DNA of 64,000 nucleotides from NCBI GenBank assembly GCA_001599295.1, contig BCGN01000005.1:1364001-1428000 (forward strand), read 5' to 3'. How positions within the stretch are numbered: the first letter of the stretch is position 1; every line of letters starts with the position of its first letter. The stretch is from Sporopachydermia quercuum (taxonomy: Eukaryota). Positions 33,717 through 44,808 of the stretch are shown here, in pieces. The notes below the pieces were generated by a model. That model saw only the letters and a program-made list of their open reading frames with translations, did no database searches and was not told the origin of the DNA. A program made the position numbers and the translations under genes.

Positions 33717-34119
33717 TTTACTTCTAACTTAATGACAAAATTATGTCCTTTATTCTCTCGAGTTTGCTTACTACAGAGTGTTCTTTGTCTCTTTTTGGTT
33801 CAAATACTGGGGAGTTATAATTGATTTCTTTGTTGAATATAACAAATCTAAATACAAAGAAACTCACAACAACCATAAAGACATAAAGCTCTCTATATCC
33901 GGTTCATTCTGTTGCTTCTTGTTACCTTTCATAAATAAGATCCATCCACGTTTTCCTCTCTGGACATTCTTCCGTATACCCTATGTCACATACTTCCTCT
34001 TAAACCTTGTTCCTTTTGGCGATCAGATGTCTGTAACATCAGTCAGATAACGATCACAAAGGGCCTGATAATAAGATGACTGTCAATGGATAGAGGCAAC
34101 AAGATATGTGTTTTATTCC

Positions 34120-34127
34120 TATATAAA
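34120..34127 (+). promoter_or_regulatory. TATA box of URC1
   Basis: TATATAAA about 330 bp upstream of the ATG. Confidence 0.5.
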
Positions 34128-34320
34128 AGAGGTCTTGTCCTGTTTGTTGGCATCTGTTTCCAAGTATTAATAGTTATTAACAGCTTTCATGTTCTCTATG
34201 TATCGACCACAATCAAACCGTTGAATTCTACTTCCATTCCATAGACATATTGATTGTCATTGAAAAGATCTAATAGCGTTAACTATTGCCTACTGGTTGT
34301 TCTGATATTGTGAAGTCACA

Positions 34321-34441
34321 GTATGGTACTATAGGNGACCTAAGATATTAATTATATATCAATTATCTAGTTAAATTCGTACTAGCATTTCATCATTAGG
34401 TTCTTATTTTAGAATTTATATTCTAATATCCTGTCAAATAG
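34321..34441 (+). other. Putative 5'-UTR intron of URC1
   Basis: GTATGG donor, TTCTAAT branch-like site and TAG acceptor 15 nt before the ATG. Confidence 0.5.
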
Positions 34442-34456
34442 AAATCTATATCCAAA

Positions 34457-35995
34457 ATGGCTCCAATTCCAACAACACCAAGTTTTGAAAATGCACAGCT
34501 AGCCAGTCACGGGTTTGACTGTAGCTGTGAGAACCACTCAACAAAGCAACTAAAATCTGAGGATAAATCAGACACTTTAAACATGATCCTCATTGCTATC
34601 AAAGGGTTACAAGCTAACCAGCAAATCCTTTCAGACAAAATCGATGCTACCAACTACAGAACCTCGCTGACGTTAGGTGATCTAGAAACGAAAGTGGAGA
34701 AGCTCAAATCGAAGAGTACGGAAACTGAAACTGATGCAGGTGAATCAAAGTGGGGTTCAAATATTAAGCTCACAACATACCCAGACGAAGCAACTCCTAT
34801 TGATCTTAAATGGGGTGCCGAAGATGCTCAAGCAAGAGGTCCTATTGTAGTCAGCAGGAAACCTAACTCGTTCAAGTACAGAAATGCCATTGGAGCACAT
34901 TCTGGTTCATATTCTATTTACCACGCTCTCGCAGTGTCAATGAGTGATCTTGATTCTAATTACAAGCCAGACTTTTCCAATGCTGAACCATCAGTTGATT
35001 TTGGCCCTTTCCCAGAATGGTCTGATCCTGAAAAGATCGTTGCAATGGATCCTTGGGGTCATGTGGCTCCTTGGGCATTCAAAAAATTCTCCGATGAGGC
35101 TTCAATTGATGTCCGTCCCTCAATTGCGATTACCAAAGCACATATGCAGATGCCTGATTTCAAACAGGAAGTAGACGCTGGTCGTTTGAAAGTCGATGGT
35201 AAGATTGTTATCAATTCCAATGGCGATCTAAATGTTACCAAAGTAGCTGTTGAGCCTGTATGGTATCTCCCTGGTGTTGCCAAGAGATTTGGTATCGATG
35301 AAGGCACTTTGAGAAGAGGGTTGTTTGAAGAGACTGGTGGTATGTACCCTGAATTAATCACCCGACCAGATATCAAAGTATTTTTACCTCCTATTGGTGG
35401 AGCTACTGCATATATTTTTGGTGATGTCAAGAAAGTCTCTGATCCCAACTTCAAGCTTGCTTTAAGAGTTCACGACGAGTGTAATGGTTCGGATGTTTTC
35501 GGTTCGGATATTTGCACCTGTAGACCATATCTAATGTTTGGTATCGTTGAAGCAGTGAAAGAAGCTCAAAATGGAGGATCAGGTGTCGTTGTTTACTTCA
35601 GAAAAGAAGGAAGAGCACTGGGTGAAGTCACCAAGTATCTTGTTTATAATGCTAGAAAAAGATGTGGAGATTCAGCTGCTGAATATTTCACAAGAACTGA
35701 AAAGATTGCTGGTGTGCGTGATATGAGATTTCAAGCATTAATGCCTGATATTCTACATTTCTTGGGCATCAAGAAGATTGACAAAATGCTATCAATGTCA
35801 AACATGAAGTATGATGCCATTGTATCTCAAGGAATTCCCATCATTGAAAGAGTACCGATTCCTGACGAAATGATCCCTGATGATTCACAAGTCGAAATTG
35901 ATGCTAAAATTCATGCGGGTTACTTCTCTACAAAGAAAGTCACTGAGGAAGATTTGAAACAAGTTCATGGAAGAGGTTGGAATGATGTNAAATAA
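34457..35995 (+). CDS. URC1: Uracil-catabolism GTP cyclohydrolase II-like protein (Urc1 / S. pombe Urg1)
   Basis: N-terminal RGPIVVSR...RNAIGAHSGSYSIYHALA domain, LRVHDECNGSDVFGSDICTCRPYL, RKEGRALGEVTKYLVYNARK and EIDAKI.AGYF. Confidence 0.9.
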   Translation: MAPIPTTPSFENAQLASHGFDCSCENHSTKQLKSEDKSDTLNMILIAIKGLQANQQILSDKIDATNYRTSLTLGDLETKVEKLKSKSTETETDAGESKWGSNIKLTTYPDEATPIDLKWGAEDAQARGPIVVSRKPNSFKYRNAIGAHSGSYSIYHALAVSMSDLDSNYKPDFSNAEPSVDFGPFPEWSDPEKIVAMDPWGHVAPWAFKKFSDEASIDVRPSIAITKAHMQMPDFKQEVDAGRLKVDGKIVINSNGDLNVTKVAVEPVWYLPGVAKRFGIDEGTLRRGLFEETGGMYPELITRPDIKVFLPPIGGATAYIFGDVKKVSDPNFKLALRVHDECNGSDVFGSDICTCRPYLMFGIVEAVKEAQNGGSGVVVYFRKEGRALGEVTKYLVYNARKRCGDSAAEYFTRTEKIAGVRDMRFQALMPDILHFLGIKKIDKMLSMSNMKYDAIVSQGIPIIERVPIPDEMIPDDSQVEIDAKIHAGYFSTKKVTEEDLKQVHGRGWNDXK

Positions 35996-37007
35996 GAAAC
36001 TGAGATATGAGGGAACAAAAGAAAAAAAAAAATAGGAAAAAGTTAGAATCTGTTTAAAAGAAACCACGAGTTCTGAAATGTGTATAGTTGCATTCGGTAA
36101 ATAAATTGGCATTTGATATTTGAATGTACCATAAGTGCGTAGGCAGTGTGACTAATTANATAGATGATAGATGAAAATTAACAAATAAGTAAACTCCACC
36201 ATTGAATATAAATATGCCCAATAATTCAACGGGCATCATTGATCATAACCAGAAACCACCTTGTGAAGGTTTTCCCGTATGTAAAACATGTCAATCATTC
36301 AGATAGTCTCTATATCATACTGTACCATCTACTATTCACTGTAACATAATTCATGTTTTGTTGTCAACAATTTAGGGCTCTAATCATCTAACTCTCTCAC
36401 ACTAATTTTCTTCAACATCCGTAGACGAAAACCTTTCTCATTTGACTTGAAGTTGAGATCGTACACCGAAACCTCCGTCGGAGACCTTTTTGCAAGGCGA
36501 TCCCTGAATTGTGTGCTAGACAAAGGCGCGTGCATCAAAACCTATATGGGAAACACCTTTCCAGGTCTCATTTCCCTCCCATCCTATCTCCAATGTTTCC
36601 CCTAGAAGCTCCACCAAAGTTTGAGCCCCCGTAGGCCCGTTGTAATATTCCCTTTAAAAATTTACAATCTGTCTCAATTCCCTAATATACCCTTCGGCGT
36701 AAATACCAGTATTAGTTATTTTCCAGCCACGTATATTTCCATCTTCAATAAATCACCAACACAAGAGATGATCAGCCAGTTGTAACTACATCAATATTCA
36801 CATTCGTACCTATCAACTAACGATTTTTCTGATTCATTTCATGATTCATTCCAATCAATTTGACTCCTATTTTTACAGGAAGCTGATTTTTGCTAGCTGC
36901 TATCAATTACCGTAGTAAAATTATTGGTTCCCAATCATTAAAATAGACTCTATGCAGTGTTCCCTTTGCAATTGAAGTGGAATAGCAAACATAGACAACT
37001 GATTTCA

Positions 37008-37146
37008 ACGCGTGTTGTAAACGGTATACAAACAATCATGTATTGTATTTATGAATCCAATCAAACAAATTAGGATAAAAGCAACAATTGGATATAAAAA
37101 TACAGATAGAGGTATTGGTGTTTTTTTTGCAAGTTAAAAAACGCGT
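37008..37146. promoter_or_regulatory. Two MCB elements upstream of SEC7
   Basis: ACGCGT at 37008-37013 and 37141-37146. Confidence 0.45.
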
Positions 37147-37282
37147 CAAGAGCACACTTACTATTGGTGAGTTTGAACTAAGCCTTGCCGCAAGCTCTAT
37201 TCACTGTATATATGTATCATCAATTAGAACGCACGGTTGAGCAACAATATTGAAAGTAAAATAGACCATCTCTGGGTTAAAA

Positions 37283-40200
37283 ATGAGTGAAAATAACGAC
37301 GGTGAGTCCATGGTGGATATCGACATTTCCTCTAAAGTTTCTGAGGACCCAGCACCTATTGAAAAGGCTCATTCAGAAGTGAATGCTCCTGTAGAGCAAC
37401 AAGAACAAGAACAGGAACAGGAACAAGGAGAAGTCCGTGAAAACAGCTCCCTGAAAGGTGTTACAAAGTCTCATTTTGAACTTCCCACTAAAGAGCAGTC
37501 TAAGGCCCCTGAGAAGCCTGTAGAACATGTGGAAGCTCCTCCGTCTAATGCTGCCGCTTCTGACGCTGTTGATGCTAAAGATCTCTCTCCATCTGATAAG
37601 TCACTGCCAGAAATACCCAGTGTGACAACCACCACGGAAGACTCTACTCCTAAATCTTCTCATAACAAAACTCAATCAATTGACACCATCAGTAGTGCTA
37701 ATGTCTTGCGAGTTCATAGCGGTACCAATAATGCTGCAAGAGAACGTACGTTCTCTACTTCTACCGTTGGATCTATCAACAAAGCCCATGCCTTCTCAAT
37801 TGTGTTCATAAAACAAGCATTAGAATCAATTCGCGACAGCAAAGAAGCAAAGAAACACCTTTCTTTGTCGTCTGCCTGTAAAAGAGCTTTAGACGGTCTG
37901 AATGAAGGAACTTTGCCTCCACCTGCGATTGTATTCGAGCCTTTGAAATTGGCGTGCCAAACTTCCAGCAGCAGCTTGAAAATCACAGCTTTGGACTGCG
38001 TCAGCAAGCTCTTCTCCTTCAGCTATTTCGATGAACCCGACGAGCACTCCAATGATGATTCTACCGTTGCTGATGCTGCAACTGCTAATACAGGTGCTCC
38101 TGACGATGACAGCTCAGCAATTATTACTCCTCCCCCGAAAATCGACATGATCGATCTCATTATCAACACAGTGAGTGACTGTTTCCGAGGAGAATCAACG
38201 GACGAGCAGGTTGAACTTCAAGTAGTGAAAGCATTGACTGCCGCTGTCTTGAACGAAAGGATCATGGCTCATGGAGCTTCACTATTGAAGGCTGTACGAC
38301 AAATCTACAATATCTTTATTCTTTCTTTTTCCCCAAGCAACAGAGCCATTGCCCAGGCTACTTTGATCCAAGTGATCAACGTTGTGTTTGATCGGGTGAA
38401 AACGGTTGCGGCCAAGAAACAGAAGCAACGAAGAAGCACTTCCACTGTAAACATGGTTATCAGTACTTCTGCCTCCTCTCAAGACAATATCAGCTTCCCC
38501 GCAACTGCCCAGCCAGCTACCGAAAGCTCCACCCCTTTAAAGGAAAGCGGTCACGGCGAAAAACTGACCCTGGCCAACTTGGCAGAAGATATGAAAGACC
38601 TGGAGGACGACGATGTCGATGCTGACCAAACAATGCTAACCCAAGATTCGGATGACGAATTTGCTAAAGATGCTTTCCTTCTTTTCAGGGCAATGTGTAA
38701 GCTGTCAGTGAAATCTATTGAAGGCGAAAGTTTTGATCTGAAGTCCCATGCGATGAGATCAAAGCTCCTGTCTCTGCATATAGTCCACACGATTCTGTCC
38801 CAGCATATGTCGGTATTCTTGTCAAAGGACATCATCATCCATACTTCTGGTAGCGAGCAAGACACATTGTTTGTTGATGCCACCAGACAGTATCTTTCGC
38901 TGTGTTTAAGCCGGAACGCTACAAGCATTATCCCTCCAGTGTTTGAAATTTCGGTTGAGATCTTCTGGCTGTTGATCAGTAATCTGAGGAAGCAATTCAA
39001 GCAGGAGATTGAAGTGTTTTTCACGGAAATCTACTTCCCCATTGGAGAAATGAAAACCTCAACCGCACATCAAAAGGAATACCTGTTATTTGTTATCAGA
39101 AGATTATGCAATGATCCCCGAGCTCTGGTAGAAATATATCTGAATTATGACTGTGCTGCGCAGGGAGACAACATATGCGAACGGCTGATTGATTATTTGA
39201 CCAAAGTCGCCTCTACCAATACAAGCATTACTCCTGTTCAATATCAGCATTATTCGGAAAGCAAAAAGAAACCATTGGCAACGTATAACCTATCGACCTT
39301 GCCATCTACTTCTATTGCCAATGCAGCTGCTGTTCAAAGCAACACTGGAATTTTCCATCATTCTGAGAACAATTTGTATCCCATTGACTATTCGCTGAAA
39401 ATCGCGGGCATTGAGTGTCTGGTGGCTGTGTTGAAGTCCTTGCATACGTGGTCTCTACGCGGATTCAATCAATCGAACAGCGGAGGCACAGGCAATGATG
39501 TTTTTAACAGTGTACATCATCCTGCTGACAAAAGCTCTACATCTCTGGACGATAATTCCAGCAACGAGCAATCCATCGACGCGCAGACATTAACGATCCC
39601 TAACCATTCAGGCTTAGGCTCAAATCCCAGCAGTAGGGTGAACTCGGTGACCTCTGTCACTGCTATTAAAACACCCGGNAGCGCCCTGAACCCGAATATC
39701 AACGATCTTCTGGATGATCCCACTCAGTTCGAGTCCCAGAAGCTGAAAAAGACCGCTTTACAGCAGGGCATCCGCTCCTTCAACTTCAAACCAAAGAAAG
39801 GCATAGAATCTCTTATCAAAAACGGGTTTATTAAAAGCAAGAGTCCCAAGAATATTGCTGAATTCCTACTATCAACAGATGGACTGGATAAAACGACAGT
39901 TGGGGAATATTTGGGCGAAGGTGATGCTGATAACATTGCTATTATGCATGCGTTTGTAGACTCTATGAACTTCAATAACCTGAATTTTGTGGACGCCTTG
40001 CGGTTGTTTCTTCAGAGGTTCCGTTTGCCAGGAGAAGCCCAGAAAATCGATCGGTTTGTCCTTAAATTTGCCGAACGATTCATTTCCGATAACCCTGGAA
40101 TGTTTGCTAATGCCGACACAGCTTACGTGCTTGCATATTCCGTCATTCTCCTGAACACTGATCAGCACAGTCCGCAGGTGAAAAACAGAATGACGCTACA

Positions 40201-43200
40201 GGATTTCATCAAAAACAACCGAGGTATCAACGACAGCCATGATTTGCCTGATGAGTTCCTGGAACAGATTTACAACGATATCCAGCACAATGAGATTAAG
40301 TTGCAGTCCGAACAGCACGCTGCTATTCTGGCGGGAGGTATTGCTAATGCCCAGCCAACAGGGTTTTTTGCTGTTAACACTGCACGTGAATTGAAACGAG
40401 AAGCCTATTTGCAGGCCTCTAAGGAAATGTCGTCTAAAACAGAAAAGCTGGTGCGCACTCTTGGCAGAGGAAGAAGCAACAGTACTGCTGTAGATGTTTT
40501 CTACTATGCCTCTCATATAGAACATGTCAAATCCATCTTTGAGACTCTCTGGATGAGTTTTCTTGCTGGTTTAACTGGCACTTTTAAAGGCTATGACGAT
40601 CAAGACATTTGGCAGCCTTCTTTAGAAGGAATGAAATTTGCTATCAAGATTGCATGCAGTTTTGACATTGAATTGGCGAGAATCTCGTTTATTTCTGCTT
40701 TATCTCAGTTCACTAATCTCCAGAACTTGAAAGAAGTGAAAGTGAAGAATCTCGAAGCCAGTAAATTGGTATTGGATTTAGCCGTCACGGAGGGCAACAA
40801 ACTCAGGTCTTCCTGGAAAGATGTGCTGCTGATAATCAGCCAATTGGAACGATTCCAGCTTATTTGCTCTGGAATTGAAGCCGGGGAGATTCCCGATGTT
40901 ATAAACGCTAGAATCACCTCGGGAGGNACCAATAGACAGTCAACAGACTCCTCAAGACCAAATATCCTAATGGCATCTATAGCCACACTAGCCAAGCCTA
41001 TGAAAATAGGTGGTGGGAGCAGCAATGACAGCAGTGCCAACGGCGGTTATGGCAATGGCACAGGCGATCACAGCAACGGGGCATTTTCCGTGGACCCTGC
41101 GATGTCCCAGATCGTCAGAAGCACTGAAATTACGGTAGCTATTGATAAAGTGTTCTCCCAATCAGCAGAACTTTCTGGTGATGCCATTCTTGAGTTTGTG
41201 AAGGCTCTATGCGAAGCTGCTGACGAAGAAGCTGAATCCTCTGGCCAAACTGCCCATGCCAGGACTTTCTCCCTCCAGAAAATGGTAGACGTCTGCTATT
41301 ACAACATGGGCAGAATTAGAGTCCAATGGTCCAACATCTGGGCTATTATGGGTAAGCAATTCAACAAAATCGGCTGCAACAGCAACAATAACGTTGTATT
41401 TTTCGCATTGGACTCTCTACGACAATTATCTATGAGATTTTTCGAAATCGACGAACTGGCAAACTTCCACTTCCAAAAGGAATTCCTAAGGCCTTTCCAA
41501 TACATGATGGTTCATAACAAGGCGAAACCTGTGAAGGAAATGATCCTTGACTGTTTGGACGTGATGGTTCAAGTGAAAAACGCTCAGATCCGGTCTGGTT
41601 GGCGTACTATTATAAGCACTCTTGATGCTGCATCTAAAAGCAATGATGAGGCCATTGTGCAGAAAAGCTATAATCTGGCGGAAAAGCTCAACAAGAACTA
41701 CTTCAATGACATCTACAAACAAGGCTCATTTGAAGACTTGATTGTATGTTTTACGTCGTTAGCTAAGAATCCCAAGTTCCAGAAGATCAGTTTACATTCT
41801 TTAGAGGTTCTCCGGAGGACAATAAGATCGATGGCGGATTCCAGTTTCCGCAAGGGTTTTGATACTCTTGAAGGAGCCATTGTTATTAGTAGTGGTACTG
41901 GACATAGCGGAGAAGATGTTGAAGGTAGTGAAGGTGAAGATAATGATACTGAAGAAGTCCGGATTGGCATTGATACCGGAAATCATTTGGTGAAGTTGTG
42001 GTTCCCAGTGCTTTTTGGATTACATGATATTATAATGAACGGGGAAGATCTAGAAGTTCGCTCCAGAGCTTTAAATTACCTGTTTGATACTTTGGTTCAA
42101 TACGGTGGTAAATTTGAACCTGACTTTTGGGATTTGGTGTGTCGCCAACTGCTTTTCCCTATTTTCACGGTGCTACAGTCTAGATGGGAGATCACCCAGT
42201 TCAATTCTCACGACGATATGTCTGTTTGGCTATCAACTACTTTGATTCAAGCTTTGCGCAACATGATTGCCTTGTTCACGCATTATTTTGATGCCTTGGG
42301 AAGAATGCTGGATGGCTTTTTGGAGTTGCTGTTGACTTGTATATGTCAGGAAAATGATACTATTGCAAGGATTGGTAGGTCGTGCTTGCAACAATTAATT
42401 CTCCAGAATATGAACAAATTCAGTGAAGACCAGTGGAATCGGATAGTGGGTTGCTTTGAAATGTTGTTTGATCTGACTACACCCANAGAGTTGTTTTTAC
42501 TGGATGAAAGCAGTGAAGAAGCTGATTCTGAGACTGACAACGAGACCGAAACTGAAACTGAGTCGAAGGCCAATGACACTGCTGCACCGGATGCTGTAAG
42601 CGAAAATGCTGCCGCAGGGGCTCTCTTACAAGCTTCAGATGTTCTCGGCGATAACACCAGCACCCTGTCTCTAGGTAAAGTATCCCCTGGCGTCCTTGGA
42701 GGTTCTTCTTCTCTGTCAGCTATTAGTATCAACTCCAGTCAACCATCAAGCAAGAAAATGAACCCTGAGTATAAGAAGAAGAAAGAATCTCGTGCTATTG
42801 TTGTTAAATGTGTGCTGCAGTTGCTAATGATTGAAACAGTGTCAGAATTGTTCTCAGACGAAGAGTTCTATTCCTATATTCCAGTTAAAAACCTACTACG
42901 ATTAGCTGAGTTATTGGAGGCCAGCCATAAGTTCTCGAAAGACTTCAATGATAACAAGGAATTACGTATGAGGCTCTGGAAAGAAGGATACATGAACCAA
43001 ATGCCGAATCTGTTGAAACAGGAGTCCAATTCATCAGCTGTATATTTGGGAATTATGTTCAAGCTGTGTGGTGATGTCAACAAGACCTCAGAGCAAGAAA
43101 AGATCAATATATGCGACAAGCTTGTTCCATTATGTGTTACTATCATTGAAAGGTATATTGGGTTTGGTGAAAATAGTCCTCAGGATCAAAAGAATGTTAG

Positions 43201-43414
43201 AACATGGGGTCCTGTAGTTGTTGAGATTTTACAAGGCTATTCATTTTTGCAGCCGAAGGAATTCTCACGACATGGCAAGACGGTGTTTTCTTTGGTTTTG
43301 AATATCTTTGATAAGGCGATCAATGCTGATTTGCGAATGGCAATCAAAGATTTCATGATTCGAATAGAGGAAATCTATGTTGAGAATTCCAGTACCGGAG
43401 CAGAACTGGAGTAG
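37283..43414 (+). CDS. SEC7: Sec7 Arf guanine-nucleotide exchange factor (BIG family)
   Basis: DCB/HUS region with YLNYDC, Sec7 domain FRLPGEAQKIDR and AYVLAYSVILLNTDQHS, HDS regions NMGRIR and PNLLKQE. Confidence 0.97.
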   Translation: MSENNDGESMVDIDISSKVSEDPAPIEKAHSEVNAPVEQQEQEQEQEQGEVRENSSLKGVTKSHFELPTKEQSKAPEKPVEHVEAPPSNAAASDAVDAKDLSPSDKSLPEIPSVTTTTEDSTPKSSHNKTQSIDTISSANVLRVHSGTNNAARERTFSTSTVGSINKAHAFSIVFIKQALESIRDSKEAKKHLSLSSACKRALDGLNEGTLPPPAIVFEPLKLACQTSSSSLKITALDCVSKLFSFSYFDEPDEHSNDDSTVADAATANTGAPDDDSSAIITPPPKIDMIDLIINTVSDCFRGESTDEQVELQVVKALTAAVLNERIMAHGASLLKAVRQIYNIFILSFSPSNRAIAQATLIQVINVVFDRVKTVAAKKQKQRRSTSTVNMVISTSASSQDNISFPATAQPATESSTPLKESGHGEKLTLANLAEDMKDLEDDDVDADQTMLTQDSDDEFAKDAFLLFRAMCKLSVKSIEGESFDLKSHAMRSKLLSLHIVHTILSQHMSVFLSKDIIIHTSGSEQDTLFVDATRQYLSLCLSRNATSIIPPVFEISVEIFWLLISNLRKQFKQEIEVFFTEIYFPIGEMKTSTAHQKEYLLFVIRRLCNDPRALVEIYLNYDCAAQGDNICERLIDYLTKVASTNTSITPVQYQHYSESKKKPLATYNLSTLPSTSIANAAAVQSNTGIFHHSENNLYPIDYSLKIAGIECLVAVLKSLHTWSLRGFNQSNSGGTGNDVFNSVHHPADKSSTSLDDNSSNEQSIDAQTLTIPNHSGLGSNPSSRVNSVTSVTAIKTPXSALNPNINDLLDDPTQFESQKLKKTALQQGIRSFNFKPKKGIESLIKNGFIKSKSPKNIAEFLLSTDGLDKTTVGEYLGEGDADNIAIMHAFVDSMNFNNLNFVDALRLFLQRFRLPGEAQKIDRFVLKFAERFISDNPGMFANADTAYVLAYSVILLNTDQHSPQVKNRMTLQDFIKNNRGINDSHDLPDEFLEQIYNDIQHNEIKLQSEQHAAILAGGIANAQPTGFFAVNTARELKREAYLQASKEMSSKTEKLVRTLGRGRSNSTAVDVFYYASHIEHVKSIFETLWMSFLAGLTGTFKGYDDQDIWQPSLEGMKFAIKIACSFDIELARISFISALSQFTNLQNLKEVKVKNLEASKLVLDLAVTEGNKLRSSWKDVLLIISQLERFQLICSGIEAGEIPDVINARITSGXTNRQSTDSSRPNILMASIATLAKPMKIGGGSSNDSSANGGYGNGTGDHSNGAFSVDPAMSQIVRSTEITVAIDKVFSQSAELSGDAILEFVKALCEAADEEAESSGQTAHARTFSLQKMVDVCYYNMGRIRVQWSNIWAIMGKQFNKIGCNSNNNVVFFALDSLRQLSMRFFEIDELANFHFQKEFLRPFQYMMVHNKAKPVKEMILDCLDVMVQVKNAQIRSGWRTIISTLDAASKSNDEAIVQKSYNLAEKLNKNYFNDIYKQGSFEDLIVCFTSLAKNPKFQKISLHSLEVLRRTIRSMADSSFRKGFDTLEGAIVISSGTGHSGEDVEGSEGEDNDTEEVRIGIDTGNHLVKLWFPVLFGLHDIIMNGEDLEVRSRALNYLFDTLVQYGGKFEPDFWDLVCRQLLFPIFTVLQSRWEITQFNSHDDMSVWLSTTLIQALRNMIALFTHYFDALGRMLDGFLELLLTCICQENDTIARIGRSCLQQLILQNMNKFSEDQWNRIVGCFEMLFDLTTPXELFLLDESSEEADSETDNETETETESKANDTAAPDAVSENAAAGALLQASDVLGDNTSTLSLGKVSPGVLGGSSSLSAISINSSQPSSKKMNPEYKKKKESRAIVVKCVLQLLMIETVSELFSDEEFYSYIPVKNLLRLAELLEASHKFSKDFNDNKELRMRLWKEGYMNQMPNLLKQESNSSAVYLGIMFKLCGDVNKTSEQEKINICDKLVPLCVTIIERYIGFGENSPQDQKNVRTWGPVVVEILQGYSFLQPKEFSRHGKTVFSLVLNIFDKAINADLRMAIKDFMIRIEEIYVENSSTGAELE

Positions 43415-44607
43415 ATTGGAGATGGGATCAACGCCGTACGTATCTATGTGGTCGAAGTTCTGGTGTTTCCAATAAGCAACATGAACATCTGTCAATTTAT
43501 ATTGAAATTAGTTAAGACATAAATCAGCTTGATACCATAATTTTAATACTGTATCATCTATTCCATTAATAGTTGTTCTACCTCTTGCAATCGCAGGCAC
43601 AACTTGGCCAATGATAGACCCTTTGAAACGGTTCAGTTGCCTGTATGTAATACAAACATTACGCCTTATTATTATTAGTACTTTTATCTTCATTTTATCT
43701 ATGGTTTATACAAATAATACGTTAATTTAGATCTTTAATACTATACGACAGTAACTGTGGAGCCANAATATGGAGGATTTAATATTACATAATCAGATCC
43801 CCTTAGCCATGTGACATTCACTTCTCAATTAGTATATCTTTATTCTGATATTTACCGATACTGAATATCTCATACCAGAGCAATAAAACCCACGCAAATA
43901 AGTGAAAATTAGTGTGGAGATTTATTTCTAAGCAGTGACCATAATGAATGATGGAACTATAGAGCAAAAACGATTCGAATTCCCCAGTTTTTATTTGATT
44001 TGTAGAATGGTGGGAATAGAGTTGTGTTGTCAATAATTAAAGTATACAATAGGAAGTTGAATATTTTGCAAGAGCATACAACACGGAAACCGTACATAAA
44101 ACGATAAACACACCACCCTATATATAACATTAAGGCAAATATACCACTGCGCTCTGACTAGCTATTAAAAATCATCAATTTCTCTGACTGATACACACAG
44201 CAAATCAAAATCCTTTAATTATACTTAATTTATCTCCATGACTCGACTTCTACCTGGCCTTTTCCTTCCTTCCATACCCAATCTGCTTTACTAATCTCCA
44301 TCACCATTCATCTCTCATATACTTTGTCCACCACACACCTTCCCCAGCTCCCACGCTCCCCTCCTCTATTATCAATCAAAACGCTTCATATATAGATAAA
44401 ATCATCCTAAATACTTCTTTTCCTATATAAAATAAACTAATCTCGATACTCTGGCCTTTCAATCCCCATTTAAATCCTAATTCCTTCCCAGAATTTCCTC
44501 TTATATGACCTGTCCGGAAGTGTCCAGTAAATCAATCACCCAAGCAAACTTTCCATGTCCTTTTTTCAGTGTGAAAAAAAAGTTGCGTAAAGTGAAAAAA
44601 GGGAAAA

Positions 44608-44636
44608 CGAAAAACGAAAAACGAAAAACGAAAAAC
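44608..44636 (+). repeat. (CGAAAAA)x4 tandem repeat in the STM1 promoter
   Basis: Four perfect 7-bp units within an A-tract-rich segment. Confidence 0.8.
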
Positions 44637-44808
44637 TGGGAAAAAACTTCTGTTTCTTCTTGATGGAAGAGGAAGAGCTTTGATGACTCGATGAATAAAT
44701 GAATAGTGTTGAGAATTATATGAATAATATATCAATAGTATAATTGCAGAAAGATAATATCAAGAAAAGAGTAAGACTACTCTAATATAATCTTAGTTAT
44801 TAATAAAA

